Origin: an uncultured virus (IMG/VR IMGVR_UViG_3300028569_000010)
Lineage: Duplodnaviria > Heunggongvirae > Uroviricota > Caudoviricetes
Virus record (IMG/VR): IMGVR_UViG_3300028569_000010
Length of the DNA stretch: 64,000 bases
Direction: 5' to 3' (one strand)
Both the position numbers and the translations under genes were made by a program. The notes under the pieces were generated by a model. That model was not told the DNA's origin. It saw only the letters and a list, made by a program, of their open reading frames with translations, and searched no databases. Every line of letters starts with the position of its first letter. Within the stretch, counting starts at the first letter, position 1. Of the stretch, positions 19,750 to 29,800 are shown piece by piece.

Positions 19750-20186
19750 TGAATATAGGATTTTATATCAACGATCTAAAAGATCAAGAGTTAGTAAATA
19801 AGATAGTTACGGAAACTCAGATTAATAAAAAATATATATCAAACGTCTCTGTATTTTATGATAACGTTGGACCTTTTCCTTTTGGCTATGATACAGCCCT
19901 CTTTAATTCAACAGAGTTGTGGTCATTTACCGGGAAGCTAATTGTCTTTTCGGAAGACCTTTGGTTGAAGACAAATAATATAATCAATAAGTTTGAAACA
20001 TACTTCTACTATAATCAAGATAATATTAATAATGTGTTATCACTTTTTAAGATTATCAACAGCAACTGTAAAGTAATACCAAACTCAGAAGAGAGCGCAA
20101 AAGAGTTTTATAGATTAACTGGTTCTAGCACATTAAATAAGTGTGAAGACATGGTTGGTGTTGTGAGGGTTTTAAATGATAATTGA
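19749..20186 (+). CDS. Hypothetical protein
   Basis: 145-aa ORF coupled by overlaps to both neighbours. Confidence 0.65.
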   Translation: MNIGFYINDLKDQELVNKIVTETQINKKYISNVSVFYDNVGPFPFGYDTALFNSTELWSFTGKLIVFSEDLWLKTNNIINKFETYFYYNQDNINNVLSLFKIINSNCKVIPNSEESAKEFYRLTGSSTLNKCEDMVGVVRVLNDN

Positions 20187-20943
20187 TAATGACTTAATTA
20201 AACTATATAAAGAAGGCAATAGTCCTTATGAGATATCTAAAATTCTTAATACATATCCTAATAAGGTTAGGAGAAGACTTAAGAAATTAGGTATAGAGCT
20301 TAGAGATAAAAGCGAGGCACAGAAAAATGCTTTAGAGAAAGGTATTTCAGTCATTCCTACAACTGGTAGAAAAAGAACTGAATTAGAAAAACTAAAGATT
20401 AGCAAAAGTTTAATCAAAAACTGGGAAGCTATACCATCAGAAAAATATGAAGAGAGATGTAATAAGGCGCGTGAAAGGTGGAATAATTTATCGGAATCAG
20501 AAAAGGAAAAAATGCGTCAACGAGCATTAATAGAAATACATCGAGCGAGTAAGGAAGGGTCAAAGTTAGAAAAATTTCTAAGATCAATATTAAAACAGGG
20601 TGGATATCACGCTCTATATCATATTGACAATCTTATAACTGGCAATAAGCTGGAAGTGGATATGTACATTCCTGCACTCAAGGCTATAATAGAGGTAGAC
20701 GGGCTTTCTCACTTTGAGCCTATATGGGGTGAAGAAAAACTTAGAAAACAAATTAAGTCTGACATGGAAAAAAACGGACTTGTTTTGAGTAAGGGTTTTG
20801 TTATGATTAGAATTAAACATCTACATCACAACCTAACATATGCCAACAAAGAAAAACTAAAACGCTCCATACTAAATATATTGAGAGATATTGAGGATAA
20901 TTATCCAGAGGAATCTAAGCGCTATATTGAAATTGAATTATGA
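20176..20943 (+). CDS. HTH + Vsr/DUF559-like endonuclease (putative homing endonuclease)
   Basis: N-terminal HTH (LYKEGNSPYEISKILN..VRRRLKKLGI); C-terminal SKLE, VDMYIP, IEVDGLSHF, GFVMIRI. Confidence 0.8.
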   Translation: MIIDNDLIKLYKEGNSPYEISKILNTYPNKVRRRLKKLGIELRDKSEAQKNALEKGISVIPTTGRKRTELEKLKISKSLIKNWEAIPSEKYEERCNKARERWNNLSESEKEKMRQRALIEIHRASKEGSKLEKFLRSILKQGGYHALYHIDNLITGNKLEVDMYIPALKAIIEVDGLSHFEPIWGEEKLRKQIKSDMEKNGLVLSKGFVMIRIKHLHHNLTYANKEKLKRSILNILRDIEDNYPEESKRYIEIEL

Positions 20944-20954
20944 AAGGAAAACTA

Positions 20955-21716
20955 ATGACAGAAGAAAATTTGTTCGAACAAGTTGAAGAATTACAGACAG
21001 TATCTAATACTGATACTTCCGTTGAGAATGTGGTTTTAACCAATGCACCAAGTATGTTGTCTAAGGAGTGGCATGATTTTGCGATGCAGCTTTTTAGTGA
21101 AGATGAACTAGTTGATGGGCATCCGCTAGTTGCCGGTTTAAGGCGCGTAGCAGAGCTTGTAATAGGCCAAGTTGTCTTTAGTGGGCCTACACAGGTCTTT
21201 CCAGTTCAAACGCCAGATCATCACGGAAGAGCCACTGTAGTGTTTACCGTAACGTTTGCTAATGGGTCTACATATTCAGAAGTTGCTGACGCTTGGGAAG
21301 GCAATACCGACGATATGTTTTGTGCGTATGCAGTAGCCATTGCAAGCACAAGAGCAGAAGCTAGAGCTTTAAGAAAAGCACTAAAGATAAAGGGTGTTGC
21401 GGCAGAAGAATTAACTAAGAAAGATACAGCTAAAATAGTACGCGACATATCTAAGCAAAAGACTTCTAGTAGCGGAGATTATGATGAGCAAGGAAGAATG
21501 AGCGATGCTCAATATAATTTTATAGATATTAAGTGCAAGCAACTAAATATAAATGGAGCAAAGCTATTTAAGGAAGTTTTTAAGGTGGATAGCAATAAAA
21601 AGATATCAAAGAAGGTGGCTAGCGATATCATAGACCAGTTGAATGAATATCAGAGAGATAAAAATACAATTCCCGTTGATTTATTAGGCTATAACGAAGA
21701 TTGGAGAAATGCATGA
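20955..21716 (+). CDS. Rad52/Sak-like single-strand annealing protein (putative)
   Basis: SD AAAGGA before ATG 20955; GLRRVAE, ATVVFTV, ADA..N, AIASTRAEARALRKAL..AEE. Confidence 0.55.
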   Translation: MTEENLFEQVEELQTVSNTDTSVENVVLTNAPSMLSKEWHDFAMQLFSEDELVDGHPLVAGLRRVAELVIGQVVFSGPTQVFPVQTPDHHGRATVVFTVTFANGSTYSEVADAWEGNTDDMFCAYAVAIASTRAEARALRKALKIKGVAAEELTKKDTAKIVRDISKQKTSSSGDYDEQGRMSDAQYNFIDIKCKQLNINGAKLFKEVFKVDSNKKISKKVASDIIDQLNEYQRDKNTIPVDLLGYNEDWRNA

Positions 21717-22048
21717 AAGTTACATATACTACAAAGAATAATAGGCTCAAGGTAGAAATTGATGGTGAGTCACAAAAGGATGTTTTTGAGTCACTATCTA
21801 AATTTCAAGAGGTTTTTGACGAGAGTGTTTGTGGAAAGTGTGGATCAGAAAATCTACGATTCGTAGTTAGGAATGTTGATGATAACCTATATTACGAACT
21901 AAGGTGTTTGGATTGTGGAGCTAGATTGTCTTTTGGGGTAAACAAGAAGGGTGGCGGTCTTTTCCCAAAGAGGAAAGATGCTGAAGGAAAGTGGCTACCT
22001 GACAATGGATGGGTTAAGTGGAACCCAAAAACTGAACAGTCTGAGTAA
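21713..22048 (+). CDS. Zn-ribbon hypothetical protein
   Basis: SD GGAG; CGKC..CLDC motifs. Confidence 0.7.
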   Translation: MKVTYTTKNNRLKVEIDGESQKDVFESLSKFQEVFDESVCGKCGSENLRFVVRNVDDNLYYELRCLDCGARLSFGVNKKGGGLFPKRKDAEGKWLPDNGWVKWNPKTEQSE

Positions 22049-22061
22049 GTGTTGTTAGTTT

Positions 22062-22102
22062 AGTACTCGTAGTAGAAGAAATTTTGCTACGAGTATTTTT
22101 TT
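22062..22102. terminator. Terminator hairpin between the convergent blocks
   Basis: AGTACTCGTAGTAGAA-GAAA-TTTTGCTACGAGTATT forms a 16-bp stem (with G-U pairs on the + strand) and a GNRA loop, followed by a T-run. Confidence 0.85.
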
Positions 22103-22820
22103 ATAGATACTCTACGGTAAAATATAAACCGTAATTTGTTTTACTACCAATGCTTTGAGGTTCAGAACTGATTGCCATATACCAATCGTGTCTTAATGAA
22201 GAATGTCCTGCACCCTGAGTTGTGTTATAACCCAATGATATATTAGTATCTTGTGCTGATGTATTTTTACCACTTACCCCTGGAGAATCTGTAAATAACA
22301 TATCTACTGGAGATCCACCGTCAGTAGGATCAAATTCTACCCAAGAATTAGCAGACCTACCCCTGTATGCTAGATTGCTAACACCTTGATCTATAGATGG
22401 GTGCCTTGCTTCGTAAATATATGTTGAGACACCAGATGCGTGATTATTGATATTATTTCTATCAAATATTCTTAATTTACAATTTTGTACACGCACAGAT
22501 TCATTGTGTGTAAATCTAACATTGAGTGGACATTTATTATTTGGTAGATTATTTAAAGCAACTTCAGAAGATCTATTTATTAAGACTCTTCCGGCAACAG
22601 AACTATTTCCGTTAGTGACTTTAGAAGTATTATTTAATTCAATTCTCTCTGTAGAAGTACCATTAGAATTAGTTACGAATGTTGTAGATTGTTGATTTCC
22701 AATTGGAACTGAAGCTCCATATGTCAAACCGTAGAATCCTAGGCCAGATCCAGCAGTGTGGGCTATCTGGTAATCTCCGTTAGATCCAACTTCATTAGCA
22801 AAAAATAATATTTCAGCCAT
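22101..22820 (-). CDS. Putative virion structural protein
   Basis: S/G/N-rich, beta-rich 239-aa protein with SD AAGGGAG; last gene of the tail block. Confidence 0.6.
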   Translation of the reverse strand: MAEILFFANEVGSNGDYQIAHTAGSGLGFYGLTYGASVPIGNQQSTTFVTNSNGTSTERIELNNTSKVTNGNSSVAGRVLINRSSEVALNNLPNNKCPLNVRFTHNESVRVQNCKLRIFDRNNINNHASGVSTYIYEARHPSIDQGVSNLAYRGRSANSWVEFDPTDGGSPVDMLFTDSPGVSGKNTSAQDTNISLGYNTTQGAGHSSLRHDWYMAISSEPQSIGSKTNYGLYFTVEYL

Positions 22821-22853
22821 ATATAATCTCCCTTTTTAAGTAAACCGTAAAAT

Positions 22854-22863
22854 ATAATACACA
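22854..22863 (-). promoter_or_regulatory. TGTGTATTAT promoter-like motif
   Basis: Intergenic, about 35 nt upstream of ATG 22820. Confidence 0.45.
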
Positions 22864-25800
22864 TTAACCAATGGTTATAGTACAGTATTGAGCAAGTCCA
22901 CCACTATCCTTATTATTTCCTCTTTTCCATTCCCTCCAAGCAGATAATGTATGGGCAATATCATTGTGAAAATGAAAAAATAGATCATATTTTGAAGATG
23001 GCGTATCTTTACTGAGTGGTATAGATTTCTTATTTGTTCCTTGTATTATTCCTTCCTCCCCACCGGCACTTGGTGACGATAGACGAGTAATAGATGATAC
23101 TTCTGAAGGTCCAATGTCTTCTTCTAACCTGTCATACACTTCTCCTACTATCGGACCTACTTTCAATCCAGAAGCTTTTGTATTTTTTACTTCGATATTA
23201 TTTCCAGCTGTTACTGTTAGCGGATCTGATTTTCTATTTTCAGCAGAACCCCAGTTCTGATCTTTAAAGTTACTTGGTAAATAACCTTGTCCTTGATCAA
23301 TAACTTTGAATGTAGTGACTGATCCACCAGCACCAATAGTTAATATTTGTATTTTAGCTCCTATTCCACCGCCACCATTAACACCTATAATATCCCCAAC
23401 AGAATAATTTTTACCCCTTCCATTATCCGCACCAGTTCCAGTAACAGCATCACCGTTAGAATCTACAGAATATGAAAATCTCCAATGACTTACGTCTTTA
23501 CTAACACCTATGACACGCTTAAAATATCTAAACACTCTTTTGCTGCCAGATACTGCAAACATTTTACCTCTTCTTACAGGATTTACGCGCCACTCAGATG
23601 TTGGCCTCAGTACTGTATTTTCATGACCACACCTATCTATTAAACTTCCTTCAGGAACAATGGTGTTATCCTTGCCCCCTTTTGGGTAAGCATATGTTGG
23701 AACTCTAAAATCAACAGCGGATGTGATTTTATCTACACTTCTTTCATATTCTGGAAGTGTTGATGTTCTATAAGAATTTGTAATATTAACAGCTGGACTC
23801 CAAGTTCCAGTAAAAGGTTTTCCTTCAGATTTCATTTCTGTTTCAACAGTATCTGTTCCAGGTGCAGACATTGGGGTAAAATGTAATACTCCAAAATATC
23901 TTCCATCGAATAATGTTTGTTTTTCTGGCCACTGAGTAAAAACTCTTGCATATAAAGCGTTAGTAGAAAAACTGTATAAACCTTCGGAACCGTCTATAGT
24001 CGATCCCCAGTTTGGAGTTTCTACTCTTTTTTTCTCACCAGCAATTGGGCCAGTATTGCCGAATCCACCTAACGGCGTTATAAAAAATAAACCATCAGAT
24101 ATCGCTCCAACATCTAGAGTGTATCCTAATTGATTTAAACCGAACCTTTCAGAAACTGTAATTGGTATACTATCTTGACTCCAAGATAAACTAACTTTAG
24201 CACATATAACCCCCACACAATCTGCATTAGGTTTAGCAGTATCCATTCCACCGGGACGTACTCCTTGAGCAGAATCATCTTCATTGCTATTAATAGCATA
24301 CCAAATAACTGGATTACCATTAGCGTGTGAAGATGTCTGCTTAACTGCATAATCATATGGAATTACATCGTAACCCCTATCAATAGATCCACCATAATAG
24401 GATTTCATCCTTCTAAAAGGATTGAAACCTGTGGATTCAGAAGAAATAGCTTCTCTTTGAAAAAACTTACTACCCCAAACGTGTGGCAATGTAGATTTAC
24501 CAATTCCAGTAATCCAATATTCTTCAGCCAAAAATGGAAATCGAGATTTATAGCCATCGCCATCGTCTGCGTGACCCCACAAAACTTTGCCAGTATTAAA
24601 TCCTCTAGCTGTTCTATATAATTTTCTTAATATTGTAATACTTGGATCTAAATCTCCAGTTGAACCCTGTCTTACTGGTCCTAAAGAATCTGCAAATTTA
24701 TCTGAACTACCTACCATCTCAGCAGATAATGGCATAAAAGTTAGAGTAGTACCTCCCTGTGGCTTTACGTCATATAAGTCACTTACTAAATAATCATCAT
24801 CTGATTCATTATCTATATACAGCCAATCCCACCTTTCTGGTATACCGCTTTCATCATACCCCATAGCTTGTTTTATAAGATGATAAGCATCACCATCACC
24901 TTCAGCAATTGATGGCCCAATTCTATTTTTTATAACATTGAAACACTCTTGCGGCCCACCATTTTTAGCATTTGGCCCACCAAGTAAAGCCATCTCTGCT
25001 GGAAATTGTGACCAACCACCATCGTTAACTTGAGAAAACATATATCTAGCAGGGTCATATTGTATATTTCTTTCCGCGCTAATATCATTAATGTATATAT
25101 TACTATCATCATCACCATTAGATATGCTATTACTAAAGTATTGAGAATTATTTTTGTAGGCTTTAAATGCTACCTGACCATCTTTTATCTGTCCAATTTT
25201 ATTACCATCGTATCCACCATTAAATATCGGACCCCAAAAATGATTAAACTTATAAGCCCAATTTGCAGCATCATCTTCATCTGGATTATTATTTACCGCA
25301 ATGTTAGTTCTACCAATAATATTGTACGGATTATTTCCACCAGTATGTACGCCCATCTGATCAGCAACGGTACTTTGCCAATATCTGTCAGATGGTACAA
25401 TTATACTACCTTTTTCTATTTGATCAGCTTTTTGTGGGATTGTATATGCATCCCATTGCGTGTCTGTCCAGTTTCTTAGAGTTTCAAGTTGTAATGCTGC
25501 GTTTAGATTTGCTTTTGCAATTTTTACTTTATCATTAAGGCCATCTAACTCAGGAAAATATGAGCTTGTAGACATATCTATAAGATATAGTCTAGTCATA
25601 CTAAATTCATAAGATGAAGGACTAACATTAGCTGAATATTTTGTTTCTCCATCAGCCGCTTTTAATGTTCCATCATAATTTAAAGATTCAAAATATTTGT
25701 AGTTTTTAAAATAACTGTCAGAATCTACTATAAATTTTTGAAAACGCCACTTGTTTATAACTGGCGTAAATACTTGTGGCTTTGCCTGAGAAAGTGGAGA

Positions 25801-26859
25801 TAAAATCCATTCTCCGCAAATTCTTGCGGCTTTAGCTAATTCTCCAATTGCATAAGGTCTTGTACTTCTATTTACAACTATTATTTTTTCTTTGGTATTT
25901 TTATCATCGCAAGACTTAGTAACAAAAGCGGGCATCGCAAGACCAGGATTTTTATTTTGTGGATATATAGGAGAAGCCCAACCAGTTGTATAATTACTCA
26001 AATAAAATACGGAACCTGGATTTGCAAGTTCGTCAAACGATAGATTGTCAAAAGTCTCAACATCTAATTCAGTTTCTTCAACAGCATTAACGTTGGTCAA
26101 CAATCTAACTAATATTTGCTGTGTGCCAAATTCCCAAGTTGCTGAATTAGCACAATAGGATTTAGCAATAGGAGCAGAAACCATATTATCTGTGTTCTGT
26201 TCTCCACCATCTTGAACGGGAGATATTACGCCGGGGTGATTTTCTGAAGCTGCTTTTTGAGTACCTGTCCAGCTATATTTAGTTCCAGCTGGAGTGCTTG
26301 GTATACCAGCCATAGCATGAAATTTTTCTACCACCTCATTATTAGGATCATCATTTCTTTTGTGAAAATGCAAATTAACGTAAGTTACAATATCTTTTAC
26401 GCACCCAGCATCATTCTCTGGTGCTGTATAATCAACGCCAAGATTGCCACTAACGAGAAACGTTAAACATCCAGATAAACTATTAGATATGTTACTTAAA
26501 TGATCGCTAGCTTCTATTCTAGTAAAACCCCCCGTTGGTAAAGATGTATATCTAGGATTCTCATTAAAATATTCATGCCACTCAATAAGATTTTTTATCT
26601 TATCTTTGGGTATAGTAACCTCAAAAAATCCGCCAGTATCCTTATTAAACTTTAAATATTTTGGTTCGTTAGCAGCAGTTTTGCCTATTAAAGAATCAAA
26701 AATATTAGTGCCAGTTAGATTTAATAAGCTGTTAGAATTAATAATACCACTAAGTTGATACATACTATAACTAGAAAGTCCAACATATTCTAATTCTGGA
26801 GAATCGTTAGTAAATAAATGCGCACCGTTCTCGCCATGTGTTTGGATTCCAATTTTCAT
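22864..26859 (-). CDS. Large tail-tip/structural protein (1331 aa)
   Basis: Position in the tail block; contains the GKNYSVGDII.VNGGGGIGAKI..G.V..F.VIDQGQGY beta module seen in phage structural proteins. Confidence 0.6.
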   Translation of the reverse strand: MKIGIQTHGENGAHLFTNDSPELEYVGLSSYSMYQLSGIINSNSLLNLTGTNIFDSLIGKTAANEPKYLKFNKDTGGFFEVTIPKDKIKNLIEWHEYFNENPRYTSLPTGGFTRIEASDHLSNISNSLSGCLTFLVSGNLGVDYTAPENDAGCVKDIVTYVNLHFHKRNDDPNNEVVEKFHAMAGIPSTPAGTKYSWTGTQKAASENHPGVISPVQDGGEQNTDNMVSAPIAKSYCANSATWEFGTQQILVRLLTNVNAVEETELDVETFDNLSFDELANPGSVFYLSNYTTGWASPIYPQNKNPGLAMPAFVTKSCDDKNTKEKIIVVNRSTRPYAIGELAKAARICGEWILSPLSQAKPQVFTPVINKWRFQKFIVDSDSYFKNYKYFESLNYDGTLKAADGETKYSANVSPSSYEFSMTRLYLIDMSTSSYFPELDGLNDKVKIAKANLNAALQLETLRNWTDTQWDAYTIPQKADQIEKGSIIVPSDRYWQSTVADQMGVHTGGNNPYNIIGRTNIAVNNNPDEDDAANWAYKFNHFWGPIFNGGYDGNKIGQIKDGQVAFKAYKNNSQYFSNSISNGDDDSNIYINDISAERNIQYDPARYMFSQVNDGGWSQFPAEMALLGGPNAKNGGPQECFNVIKNRIGPSIAEGDGDAYHLIKQAMGYDESGIPERWDWLYIDNESDDDYLVSDLYDVKPQGGTTLTFMPLSAEMVGSSDKFADSLGPVRQGSTGDLDPSITILRKLYRTARGFNTGKVLWGHADDGDGYKSRFPFLAEEYWITGIGKSTLPHVWGSKFFQREAISSESTGFNPFRRMKSYYGGSIDRGYDVIPYDYAVKQTSSHANGNPVIWYAINSNEDDSAQGVRPGGMDTAKPNADCVGVICAKVSLSWSQDSIPITVSERFGLNQLGYTLDVGAISDGLFFITPLGGFGNTGPIAGEKKRVETPNWGSTIDGSEGLYSFSTNALYARVFTQWPEKQTLFDGRYFGVLHFTPMSAPGTDTVETEMKSEGKPFTGTWSPAVNITNSYRTSTLPEYERSVDKITSAVDFRVPTYAYPKGGKDNTIVPEGSLIDRCGHENTVLRPTSEWRVNPVRRGKMFAVSGSKRVFRYFKRVIGVSKDVSHWRFSYSVDSNGDAVTGTGADNGRGKNYSVGDIIGVNGGGGIGAKIQILTIGAGGSVTTFKVIDQGQGYLPSNFKDQNWGSAENRKSDPLTVTAGNNIEVKNTKASGLKVGPIVGEVYDRLEEDIGPSEVSSITRLSSPSAGGEEGIIQGTNKKSIPLSKDTPSSKYDLFFHFHNDIAHTLSAWREWKRGNNKDSGGLAQYCTITIG

Positions 26860-26868
26860 ATTTTCCCT

Positions 26869-29800
26869 TTATCCTATAGATGTATTCCAACCTTGCTGAT
26901 TAGCAAGATCATTATCTGGTAAGTATTGTTGCAAACGATATTCATTATTGACTATTTGACTTTTAACAGCACCATTTCTAGCCTGCGGATTTCTAGTTGC
27001 TATAATATCATACTTATTTTCTGGTTCTACAACAGCGTCTTGAGATTCTTTGTGATACTGTTGCTCATCTACCGCTCCAAAATTATCAGTAGTTCCTACG
27101 TAAAATTCTTGATTAATAACTTGCGTATTTGCTTTACTTGAAGAGCTAGTATTATAACGATCTTGAGTTTGACTTTGTGTACTACCTATTTTAAATTTTG
27201 TTCTATTCATAGTATCATTTATAGATTTTTCCATAGATCCTACTATATTGCCATAATTTATCGAAGTTTGCGCCTTACCTATTCCGCGTCTTATAAACTG
27301 ATTTTTTGTATCGCGTAATTTTTGTCTCTCACGACTTATTTGAGATATTTGAATTTCTTTTTGTCTATCTAGTTTACCCCATTGTGCTGTATAGGAATCT
27401 AATTTGACAGTAGTTTGAATACCAGCAGTAGATACACTTACATCAATACTCGTTACATATGCTCCACCCTCCATTAACGCTCTACCAATACTAATTCCAC
27501 TTGGAGCATCAGCATAAACAAAACCGCCACGCTCAGAATGTAACATAAGACTATTACCAAAAGAAGCTTTGAGTCTACCAGCTTCGTTCATCAAATCATG
27601 ACCTGTATAATTCCAAGGTGCTAAATTTTCATCACGAATATATTCTAGTTTTCCACCTATATTCCTATATTGTGACAAGCCGAATTGTTTAGCTAATTCT
27701 GGAGTTAAGTCACCAGAATTCATTAAAGTTGTAACCCAAGGTCCATAACATCTTTCTTTAGATTCAAGGGATAAGGATACTAAATCTGGATAAACTGGCG
27801 ACGGAACTGCCACATGCAATCTCTGAGGTAAACCAAAAGTTAGACCCTTCATTGTTTCTTTATACATATGAAATGACTGAGTTAAAGTGTTTGGACTAAA
27901 TTCATCGCAATTATCTTTAATAATATTTGTGGGTTTTTTTACAAATGCTGGTTGTTGTAATCCTATAATATTACTTGGATCTTTAATTACATCTTGCGTA
28001 AGAATATGTTTCATTTTTACTGGATTCTGACTAAAATACATAGCATCTCTAAATCTAATATCCTTTAGTGGTATAGGGCGACCCGGTAAAGTAATTAGTA
28101 CGTAAGCATTATTATAATCCAAATTTTGTTTTCTTGTATCTATTAAATTACCACTAAAAATTGGTTCATATATTTTATTGAATTCTGTCATATCAAAATC
28201 CGTTCCCATATCGGTAGGACTAGGAATATAATGAGCTAAATAATAAGAAAAACTGTTCTCAAATTCGCATGTATTTTCATTAAAAAGTTGTCTTGGGGGG
28301 GCAAAGGAGCCTATATCGATTACATTTCTACCAAAGAGCTTTACCTTTCTTTTAGTAACTTTAGGTGGCATATAAAATTTATCACTAAGATCACACTTAA
28401 CAAAGGTGCATGTCCAATTAGTTATATCTACTCCACTTTGTAGACCTTTACTATCAGCAAAAGAAAAATCTGCACCAACATTATCTAAAGTATTAGAAAT
28501 ATCTGGCATCATTCCGCCAAGTAAACCGTTAGTAGTCACAGATTGTTGAGTATAATCACTTGCAGAAAATCCCTCTAAGCTTAAATAATTACTCCAATCA
28601 AATCTAACATAAGCTGAAACTCTACCATTTTCTGAAATAAAAGGGCTTAGATCTTGCGGAACTAAAAGATTCCTAACTCCACTTGGCACTTTATCGGGAT
28701 AGTTATTCATCATATACAACATTTCATTAGAGCTAAATACATTGTCGTAAAGATCAAAATCAAAGAATCCACCTTCGGTTGATGGTATATAATTAAACTC
28801 AATAGTATCTGATATTGGTTGATAATTAGACTTCAGCGCGCCATCTTTAACCAAGCCAACTATGGGCATAGCATCATATGTTCCACTAGTAAGATAAGAT
28901 TTCATAGGTGGACATTGAGACATTAAATTAGATAATGGTGAAAATGTTTGATACCTTACCCCGTTTATTTCAAAACTACTATTCATCTGTCTAGGTTTAA
29001 ATCCAAATGGGCCTTTTGTAATACTGTGTTGATTACTTGTATTTGTATATTCAACTTTGTCTTGATAATATGAATTAGCATATACTGGTATTTTTACTAA
29101 GAATTTTTTACCTAGACATTCTTCTGCTATATTCTTAATAAAATTATAAACCTTTTTAGCATTGTCATTTTGTTTTCTTGCTAATCTTGGTAATATACTA
29201 ATCATTTTAGATGCATTGGTCATAGCATCGTCTATGAGTGCAATATGTTCTCGCTCTGGAGAAATTCTATTATTTATATCATTATTTAGAGTATTAATAC
29301 TATTATAGAACATGCTAAAACTAGATTGTGCTGCATCAATAGTAGATTGTAACTTTGGAAATGAAGTAGATCCAATTCCACGCATCGTATTAAAGGCATT
29401 ATTCCACCAAGTTATTTGTTGTTGAAAATTTTTACCCTTAAGTTGACTATTTTGTAATATATCTTCACGTACTTCTTGTTTCATTTTTGCTAAATCTGTA
29501 GTCATTTGTGTTAAATTAGAAATAACGTTTGTCAATCCACCCTCTGGTATACCTATCTTTAATGCGCGTTTATAGTAAAGTGGATAACCATAAGGTGGGG
29601 CGCAGGGGCTAGCTGGCAATCCGTCAATCTCTAAATAATTTCTATCTGATTCAAATACGCATCGCGGAACAGTGACTGCATAATTATTACTAAGATTTGG
29701 ATTATTTATCTGACCCCTTTTCGGTGTAGCTAATAAGGCCGCACCTTCAATAGCGTCATTTTCTTCTACCGATTCCATATAAACATTATTATACATTAAT

